A DNA stretch of 64,000 bases, taken from NCBI RefSeq assembly GCF_009914755.1, contig NC_060927.1; one strand, 5' to 3'. The DNA comes from the human T2T-CHM13v2.0 reference genome, Homo sapiens. A model generated the notes under the pieces. The model worked only from the letters and a program-made list of their open reading frames with translations. It did no database searches and was not told where the DNA came from. Position numbers and translations under genes: made by a program. Below, one piece after another: positions 1-13,797 of the stretch (position 1 is the stretch's first letter; each line of letters opens with the position of its first letter).

Positions 1-1626
1 TTCCCAGCTTCTCCGGGAAGTTGTGAGGATTAATGATAAGAGAAAGGCAGTCAAGGGTCTGGAGTTTCTTTAAGAAAGGTGCTGCTTACCCTTGGATGAG
101 AGTCCTAAAAATAAAAGAATAAACACCAGCAGTCCAGGCCAAAGTCGCAAGGGCTGTGTGCCTTGTGGTTTCCACATTTTCTATTCCTCAAAGAGGGTTG
201 GCGGGGACCAAACAAAACAAAACACCTAATAAAGCCTTTGTCTGACAAAATTCTCACTGGATTTTTATCCGATTACTCTGTGTCTATAGATGAAATAATT
301 TTTAAACGTCCTGAAAAAACTGAAAGGAAAAAATGTCTCTGCCCAAAGACGCCAGGCATTCCTGCCTAGCCCTTCATCGCATGGAGAGGAAAGAACTCCT
401 CTGACAATTAGCCTTCTATTTTGGTGACAGTAATTATCACCATTAGGGGCTTTGCTTTTGCTCTTATGATGAAATATATATTCATGCTGCAGAGGCTCCA
501 ATCTGAGGACTATTTGGGCAGAACCCAAAATGCAAGGAAAGGATCGATTTTAACCTATTTTAAAACATTTGATCTAATTTGATATTTCTAGTTTTCAACG
601 GCTTACAGCAAATAGATGAAAATAAATGTCTTGTCACATGTTGTGCTGTGGACTATGCCTTTCGGTTTTCAAAGACTCCTGAAAACAGGAGGAGAATCCT
701 CTATTAGTGTGTCCGATGCCTCAGGATTTTCCAGCTGTCGTTGTTCAAAGGTCTATCTTTTGGAGCCTGGTGGAATGACCAAGTGGATTATTTGCTCTAA
801 AATTCTGTAAGTGATCTGTTTCTGAGTCTTTTGGCTAAAATAATAAAAAGGGATGGGGCAGAGAGGGAAGCAGCAAGCCCACACAAGTATTTGTGGGTGT
901 ATATGCATTCTTGTGCATATTTTCAGGCCAGACATATAATTCTGATTATTTGGAGAGGAGGAGTGCTGCTACTAGCCTCCTTTTGAGAAGTCTAATTCTT
1001 GTAATGGCCCACTGCATTCATGAAGGCTTTCGTCTCCAAATAATTAATTTGCCTTTATGCAAGCGTATTTGCCTCTTACAAATCCTAAAACACAACACTG
1101 AGGACCCAGGCTCAGCAAACCCGCTTTCAAGCACATAAATAATTGCCTTGGAATAATTAACAATTAACCTTGGTAAAAGGAGAGCTAAACATTAGTATAC
1201 TATATTAATTCAAAACAGATATTAGCTGTTTGGTGTTAGAAAATGTTATAAACCTATATACAGTTATAAACCTACATGGTCAGTAAGTTTAGTTAGCTGG
1301 AATATGTTAACTAGTAGTTTTGATGTAAATATTTAACCCATTTGCTTCAATCTATTTCACAAGCATTTATGCAAACTGGCCTTTTTTTTTTTTAAATGAA
1401 GGCCCTGAAATCAAGAAGAACTGGGATTGAGACTATAAATGGCTTATCAGGGTTCCTCACTCCACCTGTAGCAAAACTCAGCACAGATGGTCTATGACAA
1501 TGGATGAACAGCATATTCTTCACATGTAAAGAATTTGGGTGTGAAATACACATAAGCAAAATTTCATCCACTGGGCTGTTGGATTCATGGTGGGGAGGGT
1601 TTTTTGTAAAGAAATATACTAAGACA

Positions 1627-1780
1627 GACCGGGCACAGTGACTCACACCTGTAATCCTAGCTACTCAGGTGGCTGAGGCAGGAGAATCACTTGAACCCAG
1701 GAGGCCGAGGCTGCAGTGAATTGAGATCACGCCGCTGTACTCCAGCCTTGATGACCAAGTGAGACTCCATCTCAAAAAAA
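1627..1780 (+). mobile_element. Alu monomer (left-arm start fused to right-arm body; FRAM-like or intra-Alu deletion)
   Basis: gaccgggcacagtgactcacacctgtaatcctagctactcagg...gagactccatctcaaaaaaa. Confidence 0.9.
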
Positions 1781-1797
1781 TATATACATAATATAGT

Positions 1798-1995
1798 GAC
1801 CAGCCTGGCCAATATAGTGAAACTCCATCTCTACTAAAAATACAAAAAAACAGCCAAGCATGGTGGCACATGCCTGTAGTTTCAGCTACTCAGGAGGCTG
1901 AGGCAGGAGAATTGTTTGAACCTGGGAAGCAGAGGTTGCAGTGAGCCGAGATCATGCCACTGCGATCCAACCTGGGCAACAGAGGCAGACTCCAT
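1798..1995 (+). mobile_element. 5'-truncated AluS lacking poly-A tail
   Basis: gaccagcctggccaatatagtgaaac...A-rich linker...right monomer ending at gactccat with no A-tail. Confidence 0.9.
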
Positions 1996-2008
1996 TGTCT
2001 CCTCTGTT

Positions 2009-2428
2009 GAGAGAGCCATGGAACAGATTCTCCCTCAGAGCCTTCAGAAGGAACCAACCCTGCCTACATCTTGATTTTGGACTTCTGGCCTCCTGAACTG
2101 TGAAAGAATAAATTTCTGTTGTTTAAGTCAACCAGTTTGTGGTACTTATTGTTACGTCAGCCCTAGCAAACTAACACACAAGGGTGCTACGATATTACCT
2201 CTATTTCACGTACAAGAAACTTGCCCAACATAATCTAGTTAGTTGGCAATGGGTCCTGGATTCAAACTCCAGCCTGGTGCCAGGGTCTATATGCTTTTGC
2301 CAACACTTTCCAGATCACTGTGCACATGATGTTGCAAATTTGATCCCTTCTCTCTTTAGTCTAAGTTCTATGGGAACAAACATTATGGCCTCATGTCTGT
2401 CGGGTGGAGAGACCACACTGTAACACAC
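2009..2428 (+). repeat. Local duplicate of 5775-6194 (3' MLT1C + MIR + unique flank)
   Basis: Manual alignment: 420 bp, constant offset 3766, 14 substitutions, no indels. Confidence 0.97.
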
Positions 2429-2429
2429 T

Positions 2430-2573
2430 CACGTGTGTGTGTGTGTGTGTATGTATATATACACGTGTATATATACACACACATATATGTATGTATACAC
2501 ATATGCATGTATGTATATATATGTGTGTGTGTGTATATATATAGAGAGAGAGAGAGCGAGAGAGAGAGAGAGA
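2430..2573. repeat. Compound microsatellite (GT/TA/CA then GA)
   Basis: Directly visible dinucleotide runs. Confidence 0.97.
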
Positions 2574-4786
2574 AATCCTCAGTTTCTAAGCCTTGTCTGT
2601 CTCCATTACCATCCTCATCGGGCAACAATATGAAAATGTTGTGCCCACCCTCGTCACTTTACAGTGAGGGGGCAGAAGCCTGGACGGTGTTCTCCGAGCA
2701 TCATTCTCATTCCCACCCCTGCTGCGCTTTCAGATATTACCTCATTCCCTTTCAAATCAGCCAACAGAGCTTGAGATAGAGGAGGATAGAGCAAGAGGGC
2801 ACTCTCACACAGGGAGTTATGGAGTTCCGCTCCATCCCCAGGGTCCCAGAGCCATCAAGCCCTAGTGTCTCCCTGTTATCCTCATAAAACTGACTCCTTC
2901 ACACCAACTCCTCTGGTCTAAAGTTTGACTTCAACATCAGCTGACATGCTCTTAATCCTCACTGATTTTCTGACATCTTGGGGTTCGCTTTGTCCTAACC
3001 TTGTTCCCCCAGCTCAAGTTTGAGTTTACCATTACTGAAGGGATGTATCCGCTGGAAGTATTCCAGGCCATACATTCAAGGAAGAGCAGCTCCACTCATG
3101 GCTGGTGCAGCTGACTGAGCCCACTCCCTCCCACAGGCTATCAAACATCTGGCATTGGACCTCCCTCTCTCTGTAGGCCCCTGTCCCCAAAGCTGCATTG
3201 GTGCTTGTGATTTTTACTTTAAAAGAAACTTTTTTCCTGGACTCACAAAGGCAGATGATGCCTCTGCTTGCCTCACTTTTGTGTGTGTGTGGTGGTGAAT
3301 TTTGTCGTTTCTGCACTTGTTTTGTGATTGTTGATATTATTCTTATGAACTGAAATCCCAGAAGAATGTGTACCAGGCAGGTTCACTAGACTTGTCCTTT
3401 GAAAAAGCCCACACAGACTTTTTTCTGCAGAACTTCCTTTCTGCCACTAGATTTAATCATTAAAGATAGCGATGGGGGCGTCAGGGTAAACAGTGACACA
3501 AACAAAACTTCTTGTGTTGGGCACATTTCCTTAGCCTCCAAGATTTTTCAACAGGCCGGCTTTCAGGAAACAATTCTGTTAGAATTCTTGGTAAACTCAC
3601 CACTGTCCTAAATTGCTTTTAGCTGGTTTGTATCAAGAGCAAGGCAAGGAGAGAGGCAGAATAAATTTCCCCTGGATGAGCTGTATCCTAAAGTGGTATT
3701 CCCAGCAAGAGTAAGGGACAAGCAGGGAGAGCCAGGAATTGTCAGCATTGATGAATATTAATTATGTATATACCTGGTGCTGGACAGCTAAGGCACAGGA
3801 GTGATGATCGGAAAGCAAGGGACAGGGGATTTTGGAAGCATTATAAACGGTTGTGTTAAAATGAGGTAGCTCATGAGCCTGCAAACAAGGTATCAAAAAG
3901 GAGAAGGCAGGTGGACTCTCCTAGGACCATAATATTAAGGTATCCCTGGAATAATTGAATTGATGAAGGAAGGAAAGAGTTGAAGACTATGGAAGAAGAA
4001 AGCCTTAGCTAGTGGTTTGCCTACTGTAGACAGAGCACTTTTTTGGCTATTTATTTCCTTGCTTTTTTTTTTTTTTTTTTGCCAGATTGCATGTTTGAAA
4101 TTTTCTTTTTTGATCTTTAAATAGTCCTGGGGGAAACACTTATAAGGCAGACAAGATGTTTGCAAACTTTTGTATTTTTCATTAAAAAATAAAAATTACA
4201 GAGGAGGTTGTAGACCAGATCAGTTGAAGTGTAATTAGCTAAGCAAATCCACCCTTTCCTCTGCCATGATTATAGTGAGGTCATTCACCTTAGTTTGTCT
4301 ATCAGCAAATTGCGGATGCTACATTTTACCAACTAGCTGACTTGGTATTTAAAAGGATTTTAAGCATCTCTAAAACTCTATGTTATATTATAATAAGATT
4401 TATAGCTCTGTACATTTTGTGCAGTGATAGAAAGTTACCGCTCTGTATCATCATTATTCTGAAATCTTCAGGTCTTTGCAATAATTTAAGACTGTGACAA
4501 TGAAGGATTTAACCAAAGAATCTGGCATATTGCTCTTTTCTTATTCTGCATAAGGTTTTGAATTAATGCAATTGAAATTTTAAGAAATAGTGCTTATATT
4601 TCTCAATATCAAGTGAAATTATTAAATTTTTATACTTCTGCTGTATTTCTTAACCAGTTATAAGCATTTTAAAACATGCTTTTTCTATTGTTTATCCTAA
4701 ATAGGCTTTTGTGGCTATTATTAAAGCACCATTGGTCTCATTGACCAGCTGCCATTCAGTATTTACCAATAAGCAGACAGGCATGA

Positions 4787-5131
<345 letters not shown>

Positions 5132-5389
5132 TATGTAGCACATTTGTTTTTAAAGGCAGCTTCACTTCCACTAGAAGGAATAGCTGAGTTTCAGACATTT
5201 CTTTAAATTTTATTGTAGTTTTCTGTTACATTCCTAAATAAGATGAAAAAATACTTAGGAAATCCACAGATTTCAATGAAATAATAGTTTTTTGTCTATA
5301 ATTGAGAAACACAATCTGATAGTTATGCTGACTACCGAACAGGTCAAAGAAGCACTTTTTAAAAGTATCATGTTCTCAGAGGAAGGAAA

Positions 5390-6065
5390 GTAGCATTTTG
5401 TGAATACCTACGATGAGCCCAGGCACTGTGCTAAATGCTTCTCTAAACTGTCAAATAAAATACTATTTACAAAGCCATGGCATGGTGTAGTGGGTCAAAT
5501 TGTGTCCCTGCCCCCAAAGATATGTTTAAGTCCTAACCCAAATGTGACCTTATTTGGAAATAAGATTTTTGCAGATTTAATTGAGTTAAGATGACACCAT
5601 AGTGAATCAGAATGAGCCCTGAATTCAATGACTGGTGTCCTTATAAGAGAAAGGCAAAGGAGATTGGACATAGAGGTACACGGGGAAGAAGGTCATGTGA
5701 TGACAGAGGTGATTGGAGTAGTACACACACAAGCCAAGGGATGCCAAAGATTGCCTGCAACCATCAGGAGCTAGGAGAGAGGCATGGAACAGATTCTCCC
5801 TCAGAGCCTTCAGAAGGAACCAACCCTGCCCACATCTTGATTTTGGACTTCTGGCCTCCTGAACTGTGAAAGAATAAATTTCTGTTGTTTAAGTCACCCA
5901 GTTTGTGGTACTTATTGTTACATCAGCCCTAGCAAACTAACACACAAGGGTGCTATGATATTACCTCTATTTCACATACAAGAAACTTGCCCAACATAAT
6001 CTAGTTAGTTGGCAATGGGTCCTGGATTCAAACTCCAGCCTGGTGCCAGGGTCTATATGCTTTTG
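5390..6065 (-). mobile_element. MIR split by the MLT1C insertion (~5390-5485 and ~5945-6065)
   Basis: ccaggcactgtgctaaatgct before the LTR; acttgcccaa...ggattcaaactccag after it. Confidence 0.65.
5486..5944 (+). mobile_element. MaLR solo LTR, MLT1C-like
   Basis: TG...CA ends, aatgtgaccttatttggaaata, aataaatttctgttgtttaag, 5-bp TSD catgg/caagg. Confidence 0.9.
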
Positions 6066-7964
6066 CCAACACTTTCCAGATCACTGTGCACATGATGTTG
6101 CAAGTTTGATCCCTTCTCTCTTTAGTCTAAATTCTATGGAAACAAACATTATGGCCTCATGTCTGTAGGATGGAGAGACCACCCTGCAGCACACCGACCT
6201 GTTTTTAGTACTATTAGTAAGGAATACCCTATGGACTGAAGCCAGCTCCTGGCATATCACAGAGTGTCCCTTATGACAGCAAACTGATGTGAAATTATGC
6301 ATGAAGTGGTCAAATATCTGAAACATACCAACTAGATTAATTTTCCATCTTTGATGAGACCTATAAAGATGTTTGCTGCTGTCACTAACCCTAATTCCTA
6401 CTGAGTTCCTAGGACAAATAGTAGATCCAGGGAAAATTACTCTTACTTTTAGACATCAGCTGTTTTGCTTTTCAGTTTATATTGCTTTCCCCAAAAGATT
6501 TAATTTTTGTTTCCTAAAGCCCATATAAAAAATTAAAATTCAATTAAGGCTTCTGTAACCTATGCATAATATTAGTTTATTTGGAAGCATCTATCCATGA
6601 AATAATAAATTGAATGTGGATCTTTTGGTGTTATTAACTTTTCTGCATTTGAATAAATTCAGAATATTTGATTTTGACAAATAAGGAATAATTTTCTAGT
6701 TCCAGGAATCATTGCTAGAGGTAGTTGTTTTTCTTCCAAATGAGTGGACTATAGTACAGGGAAGTCAGACCAGGTTGTAAGTAAAACACGAGTAGACTTC
6801 GGTGCTGGTGGAGAAGGAAGAGGAGGATCTGGTCCAGAAGAGCTCTCAGGGCTCTGGTTCCTCTCCACCTGGGCAGGGGACAAGTCATGCTGAAGGTGTA
6901 GAAGGGCAATAAGGATGGAGCCCTCCTGAAAGCTCTGTGAACTCCAAGACAACCAGGTCCTTTCTTGCCCAACAGTGAGGCTCAGCAGGAACCAGGATGC
7001 TCCATCCAAATAAATCCCCAATCATTTAAAAACTTATAGAAAAAGCCACTCATATGTTAACTTCTCAAATATGACATTGGCTGCTAGCTTAAAACTGGTG
7101 TATTATAGTCAGGTTGTATCAATAAGCTGTATCTTTCAGGTCATAAGCATCAGTCACTTTAGGAGACAGGCAGGCTACCGAAAAAGAAAGTCTTGGAATA
7201 GAGTGGCACTTGCTTGAAGAATCTCATGCTCCACACAAAGGGCTTCACGGGGACCTTACCAGAACAATGGCGGTATCGAATTTTGAATCTTTTATTTTCC
7301 AATCTCAACTCATCCTTGTGTGCACTGTAGAATATCTACCAAACACACATTTGACCACACAGTGTCTCCTTTCAGACAGCTTGGCCTAGAGCATCATGTT
7401 TCCCCTACTCACCCCACAGTTCTAGCCAAGAGGGCAGGAAGGCATATCCTGGCCTCTTCTTCAGCAGCTGTGGACTAGTCGTTGGCATTGTGAGCAGAGT
7501 GTCACTGAACCATTGCTCTAGATCAGGGATATACGCTGTGGAGCAAAGGTGGGAGTGGCAATATGAGTTCCCAGGAAGAGTGATTTCAGAGCAGTGTGGA
7601 ACCCTGGAATGGGATGAGTGAACTTGGGAACGTTCCAACATGCCCCAGGTGCTTCTGACTGTCCTCTCCCACTAGTAGAGATAAGCATCTCCAGGTAAAC
7701 AAACACTAGCCTCTTAGTACCTGTATAGTGCAAATGAAAAATAGAAGAACAACAAATTCTTTTTTTGGTCAATATTTCCTTCTTTCACCATTTTGCAGTA
7801 AATAGTGGGCAGACAGATGGTTTGCTTCCAGATGCACAGGTATTTCCAAGTGTGATGAGGTGGTAATGTTGTCTGTTTTATTTCTCTCTTCTTAAGTGTT
7901 TATATTCTCTTTATTATATCATTCTCCCACCCCCTTGATTCTTGTCTTGTTTCTTTGATTTAGA

Positions 7965-9900
7965 AAATTGTTTTTGAACTATTAGACAAGTACAGAAAAT
8001 AATTAAACATCTTTACCCATTTCCAAGAATTAATAAATATTTGTATTTTGTCATATTTCCTTCAGATCTTTTAAAAAGCTTTTGTTGAGGCAGAATTTAT
8101 ATGCTCTACAGTTCACCTATTTAAAGTGTACAATTCAATGGTTTTTGGTATAATATATTCTTTTTTAAAATTATGGTAAAATATATATGACATAAAATTT
8201 GCCATTTTAACCATTTTAGGTGTACAATTTAGTGTCATTAATTACATTCATAATATTGTGCAACTACCACCACTATGGTTTTCACCACCAAAATTTGATC
8301 ATCACCCTAAACAGAAACTTCATAACCATTGAACAAGTTCTCATTCTCCCTTTCCTTTGACCTTGGTAATCTCTAATATACTTTCTGTTTCTATGAATTT
8401 GCTTGTTCTAGACATTTCACATAAGTGGAATCATACAATATTCGTTCTTTTGTATCTGGCTTATTTCACTTAGCAAAATGTTTCCAAGGTTCATCCATAT
8501 TGTAACATGTATCAGAATTTCATTTCTTTTTATGACTAAATAATAGTCCATTGTATGTATAGATCACATTTGAAAAATCCATTCATCAGCTGGTGGACAC
8601 TTGGGTTGCTTCTATCTTTTGCTATTGTGAATAATCTTATAATGAACATTGGCATATAGTTATCTGTTTGAGTCCCTGCTTTTAGTTCCTTTGGGTATAT
8701 AATTAGATGTGGAATGGCTGGGTCATGTATAACTCTATGGTTAGCTTTTTGAGGAACTACCAAACTGTCTTTCATAACAGATGTACCATTTCCCCACAAG
8801 CAAGGTATGAGAATTCCAATTTCTTCACATCTTTGCCAACACTTATTTTCCATTTTTTGATTTTAGTTTTGGTTGTTGTTGTTGTTGTTACTGTTTTTTA
8901 AATAGCCATTTTAGTTGGTGTGAGTGAAGTATCTCATTGTGGTCTTGATTTGCATTTCCTAATGACTAATGATATTAAGCATCTTTTTATGTGTTTATTG
9001 GTTGTTTATCTTCTATGATGAAATGTTTATTCAAATTCTTTTCCCTTTTTAAAAAATTTGGGTTGTCTTTTTGTTGTTGCATTATAGGAGTTCTTTGCAT
9101 GTTCTGAATGCTAAACGCTTATCAGATCATAGTTTCCAAATATTTTATCCCATTCTCTTGGTTATCTTTTCACTGTCTTGATAATGTCATTTGGTGCTTA
9201 AGAGTTTTAAATTTTAATGAAGTCCACTTTATCTATTTTTCCTTTTGTTGTTCTTGCTTTTGGTATCCAGAACTTTTTTTAAGGTGAGAAATAAAACACA
9301 GCTGGTAAAGATGATGTTCCCTCTGTATTCTTCCCCAATTCAGCTCCCCTTCCACCCCAGAGGCTACCATTATCACAAATTTGATGCAACATTTCCTACC
9401 CATGTTTTTATATAATCAATACTTACATATACATAAATCACAAACAACATTCTTTTGTATACTTTTAAAATTATACGTACATTTTATCATTTTTCTTTCT
9501 GCTGTTTTTTGAGCCAACATTTGAGACCTATTCATGTTGATCAATATTGACTTAGTTTATTCATTTTTGTGTTTATAATGTAGTCAATCAGATGATTAGG
9601 AAGTCATATTCAAAATATTTAGCAACTGGCATGGCTCTGGAACCAACCAACACACATAAACAGCAGTAACTCTGTATCTATGTGTACCTGCACACACCTG
9701 GCTGAATACCAGCCCAGCTTCCACACTTTATTTACTCATTCCATTACTGTGAAAATTTAGATTTTTCTCAATTTTTCATGATTATAAATAATACTGCTAG
9801 AAATATTCTTGTAGACTTCTCTTCATGCATATGTGTGAGAATTTCTCCAGGATACATACGTAGGCTAGAATTGATGGGTGGTCTGCTACCCACATGTTCT
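7965..9900 (-). mobile_element. Nested old L1 3' ends (L1MB-type ~8070-9270 within L1ME-type fragments)
   Basis: aaaatttgccattttaaccatt, gtggaatcatacaatatt, tatctcattgtggtcttgatttgcatttcc typical of the L1 3' end antisense. Confidence 0.85.
9597..9720. mobile_element. Short hAT-type MITE remnant
   Basis: atattcaaaatatttagcaactgg...ctggctgaataccagccc resembles a small mammalian hAT element. Confidence 0.5.
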
Positions 9901-9999
9901 ATTTTATTTTCCCTGTTGTATCAGAATTGTGTCTACGGCCTAAAGATTAGGACAAAAAATGTTATGTTCCCAACATTCCATATAACCACTATGAAGTCA

Positions 10000-11235
10000 T
10001 GTCATAGCAGTTGTGATCAGCTACTTTCCAGGAGGGCATACTGAGAAGCACCAATGCTAAGAATAGGTTATTCTAATCACTTCCACCCAAGTCAACTTAA
10101 GGAGAGAACAGGAAGAAAGGAGGGGGCCTTTGGAGGTAGTACTAAGTTCATGAAGAGAGGATATTCCCTCTCTTCACATAACCACAATATTCACTATAAA
10201 AGCCAAGGAAGGAAGACCAAAGATAATCACTGATAAAGGTTTTCTGTGCATCTGTCAGAATCATTCTCCTTCCCTTCCACATATAACTCAGTCAGAGTCT
10301 GGTCCTCTTTCATGGGAAATTGGGTGAGAGCCTGGACCTTCAGAGTGCCTGATGCTGCCAGGGTGTGGAGGAGGAGGCAGGAGAGAAGATAGGACTGAGA
10401 GAGGGACACCTGCCCTCCCACCATTTAGCATGGCAAATATACCACTGCTGGTTTACATGAATTGAGAGAACATCAAGGAGCATGCCTGGACTTCAGCCAC
10501 CTTTGTAGTACTCCACCAGAGTGCCATTCTCTAGGGGAACATCATGCTCTGTCAAGACACTGAGGCAGGGTGGAGGAAGTGAAGGCAGGTTAGATCCCAT
10601 GTCAGACAATTACTCAGGGGATAAGTTCCCATGGAGCCCTTCAAAGAATCCATACCTGCGCCCCATGAGAGCCCAGCAATTGGATGTTGCCATGTGGAGG
10701 AGGACATCAAGAGCTCATTGGCATGGGCCAGAGATGTAGCTAGCACTACAGGAAGAAGATTGCACCCTCACCTAATCACACAGGAAATAACTTTGCTGTT
10801 TTCCCTTTTCTCTGGAGACATAGAAAGTTGGTATCTGAGAGTCTGCCAGCTGGGACTCCACCTCCACCGGCTAAGAGAGCCCTAGCAGTAGCTGTAGCCA
10901 AGAGAAGGAGGAAAAGAGCTTCGCATCAGATAAGAGATCAATGCTTGGAAACAAACAGGACTGAGTTTTAAACACACCAATAAGCAAAAGGGATAAAAGC
11001 TAGAGAATTTGGCCAAAGGTTATTAAGAGAGCTTGTCCTCAGCTGGCAGGGAGACTCAACGTAGTGCAGTTTGGGCATTCGTCAGAGGGAATAAAATCTC
11101 ATCATGTTTATTATCCAATGAGACTAGACTGCTCAATAAATGAGGGAACCTCTATCAACCAGTAACTGCCCAGGAGCTCTCCAATGGGAGCTAAATTATA
11201 TTCCCCTCCTCAGGGAATGAGAGTTCCATTGACAA
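10000..11235 (+). mobile_element. Ancient LTR, LTR78-like
   Basis: Recalled similarity of the 3' end (ctaaattatattcccctcctcagggaatg), plus tataaaa and aataaa motifs; boundaries uncertain. Confidence 0.4.
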
Positions 11236-13225
11236 TCTGATGGGTGTACAGTGATATCTTTAGTGTCATTTCTACTTGTTTAGATCTTCTTGTTATTCAT
11301 GAAAAGCATTGATTTAGGGCAAAAACATCAAGAAAACAATCTGACCAAAACCCCAGAAAATTGCCAAAAGAGTCATCATTATATTGGGTTCATTTTTATT
11401 TTCACAAAGAGAAATTAGCTTGCCCCAAAATATTAGTGTTGAAGTAGCCAAGAAAACTTACCCAGTTCAATATTTTTCCTTCATCAGAATCCTGGCTTCC
11501 TGAGGACCCCTAAAACCTCTTCCTTCCCCCCTTCTACTCCTCTCCTCTCAGTGATGTCAGAGGCATCTGAAGATATGAGCCTGCAGTGCTGGGAGGCTCT
11601 ACCTCTGGCCTTTTGTTCAGAACGTCTTGCTGGGTGTCCTGCTCTCAATTTTCCACCCATTTGCCTTACCCTGGACCTGCACCTCTGCTAGTGCTTAGCT
11701 TCTTCAGATGGGCAACCAGCTGGCCTGCCAGCCTAGTTTTCAGCTGCAGATTTGCCTCCACAACGATGGTTCACAGCTGAAGCCAATGGGCCGGGACTGT
11801 GTCTTGCCTTCTCCCCTCTGTCACCAACCCCCAGAGTCCAGTCTCCAGGTATCCTTGGTCCAGGAGGAGGGCTGGGCCCACCTTGAATCCATAGGAAGGG
11901 AATTTGAACACATTCTGCCTGCAATCCCGTTGCATTTTGTTTTTAATTTAAATGGATGGATTTGCAGGCTAATTGTTATCCTGCCACCCTCAGCTGACAG
12001 GGTGTATCAAGGGAACAGTCCTTGAAGGTAAAAGAGCCGTACAGCTGGATTTAAGTAATAAGACATCTCTCACAAACCTGCACAAGTTGCAGTTTGATGA
12101 AAATTACAGTCAAACCTTGTGTTGTAAAGTGCTGTTTACTGGAGGAAAGAAAAAAAATCCTGTAAGATATAGAAATAGTACGTGAGACAAGCTGGCAGGG
12201 TGCTCGGAATCATTACGATGTGTAAAGAATTCCTTGACAATGACGGATCACCTCGGGAACATCTGAGCGGGGCCTTTTGTTTATCTTCACTTGCCTTTGC
12301 ATTTATGTCATGTCTTTCACTTGGGGGTGAGATTTCGTCTTTGAAAGTTGAAACGATTTTTAACTCCAGAAAGGTTTACTCGGTTTTCATGAACTTGTTT
12401 TTTTGTGTCCCCCCACCACACATCCCTCTTCTACTTCCCTCTCTCTCCTTATGCCTCTTTTCCTCCCTTCCAGCTGGGGTGTGTCAGTCCTGGATACCAG
12501 ATGCAAAATGATTAAGCCAGTGCAGTTTTCCAAGTTGGACTCGTTATTGATTAGCACTTCCTAAATCAAACAGAATTGCTGATCGCTATTGCAGGGCATC
12601 CACCACTTGCTTGGGATCCAAGTTCTGTTGCAGTGTTTGTGCCTGAGCAGGCATGGGGGTTTTTGATGTGTTCCCCCAACTTAATCACTGCTGTTTCCTG
12701 CAAAGGAAGAAGAATGGCAACTTTCATCACCAATTCGTGTTTCTTAAGCTCCGACTGTGTGTGTGGCAGTGTGCAGTCACACAGGGGACTTTGACAATTA
12801 GCAGGAGCCACTGTCTTTACTCTCCTTAGCTGCGATAATTAATGCCTTAGGACATTTTTATGATTTGGTATGTGCCTGGCACATGACACATAGTACTGAG
12901 AGTGTCAGTTACATATGACTCTCTTAAAAGGATGGAGAATTTAACAGAGGTCATTTTGTCCATTTGATTTGTAGATACATTAGCAGGCAATTTGAAATGT
13001 TAGTGAAATAAAATTAGAGAGGTTCTGTTTGCAAATCAGCCACTACCCAGGCATCTGTCCAAGAGTCTGAGGACCAACCTCACTCTTACATCACCCTGTC
13101 CCAATATCTGCTCTTGGCGACATATCAGGACACAAGTTGGCGATCTCCATGAATATATATGTGTTTCTTTTCATCCCTGCACCCTGTCCCCCAGCCTACC
13201 CTGGAAAGATACTGGTAAACTTTTA

Positions 13226-13433
<208 letters not shown>

Positions 13434-13797
13434 CCCCAACTTTTATTTTTAGATAATTCCAAATTTAAAGAAAATTACAAGACTAATAAAAAGAACTCCT
13501 ATATACCTTTTATATATCTTCACCAACTGTTATCATTTTGCTCCATTTCATTATCTCCCTCCCTCTTTCTTTATCTGCCCCCACCACACACATACACACA
13601 CTCTTCTATAATTGCTTTTCTTAACCATGTGAAAGTAAGTTGTGTACAACGATTCTCCTTGTCCCTAAATACTTTAATGTATATGACCTAAGGGGAAGAA
13701 TGTTCTTTTACATGACCACAGTATTATAAATTCCATTTAACATTGGCACAATGCTATTATGTAAATTTAGCCCATATTCAAATTTTGTCAACCCTAC

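Noticed and set aside
2383-2779. Low-complexity ORFs (VCVYIY/THTH; also 49210-49530, 55347-55685)
   Set aside because: Translations of microsatellites
6750-7020. GC-richer, exon-looking block
   Set aside because: No recognisable protein, in-frame stops on the + strand, no convincing splice-site pair; a lncRNA exon cannot be excluded without RNA data
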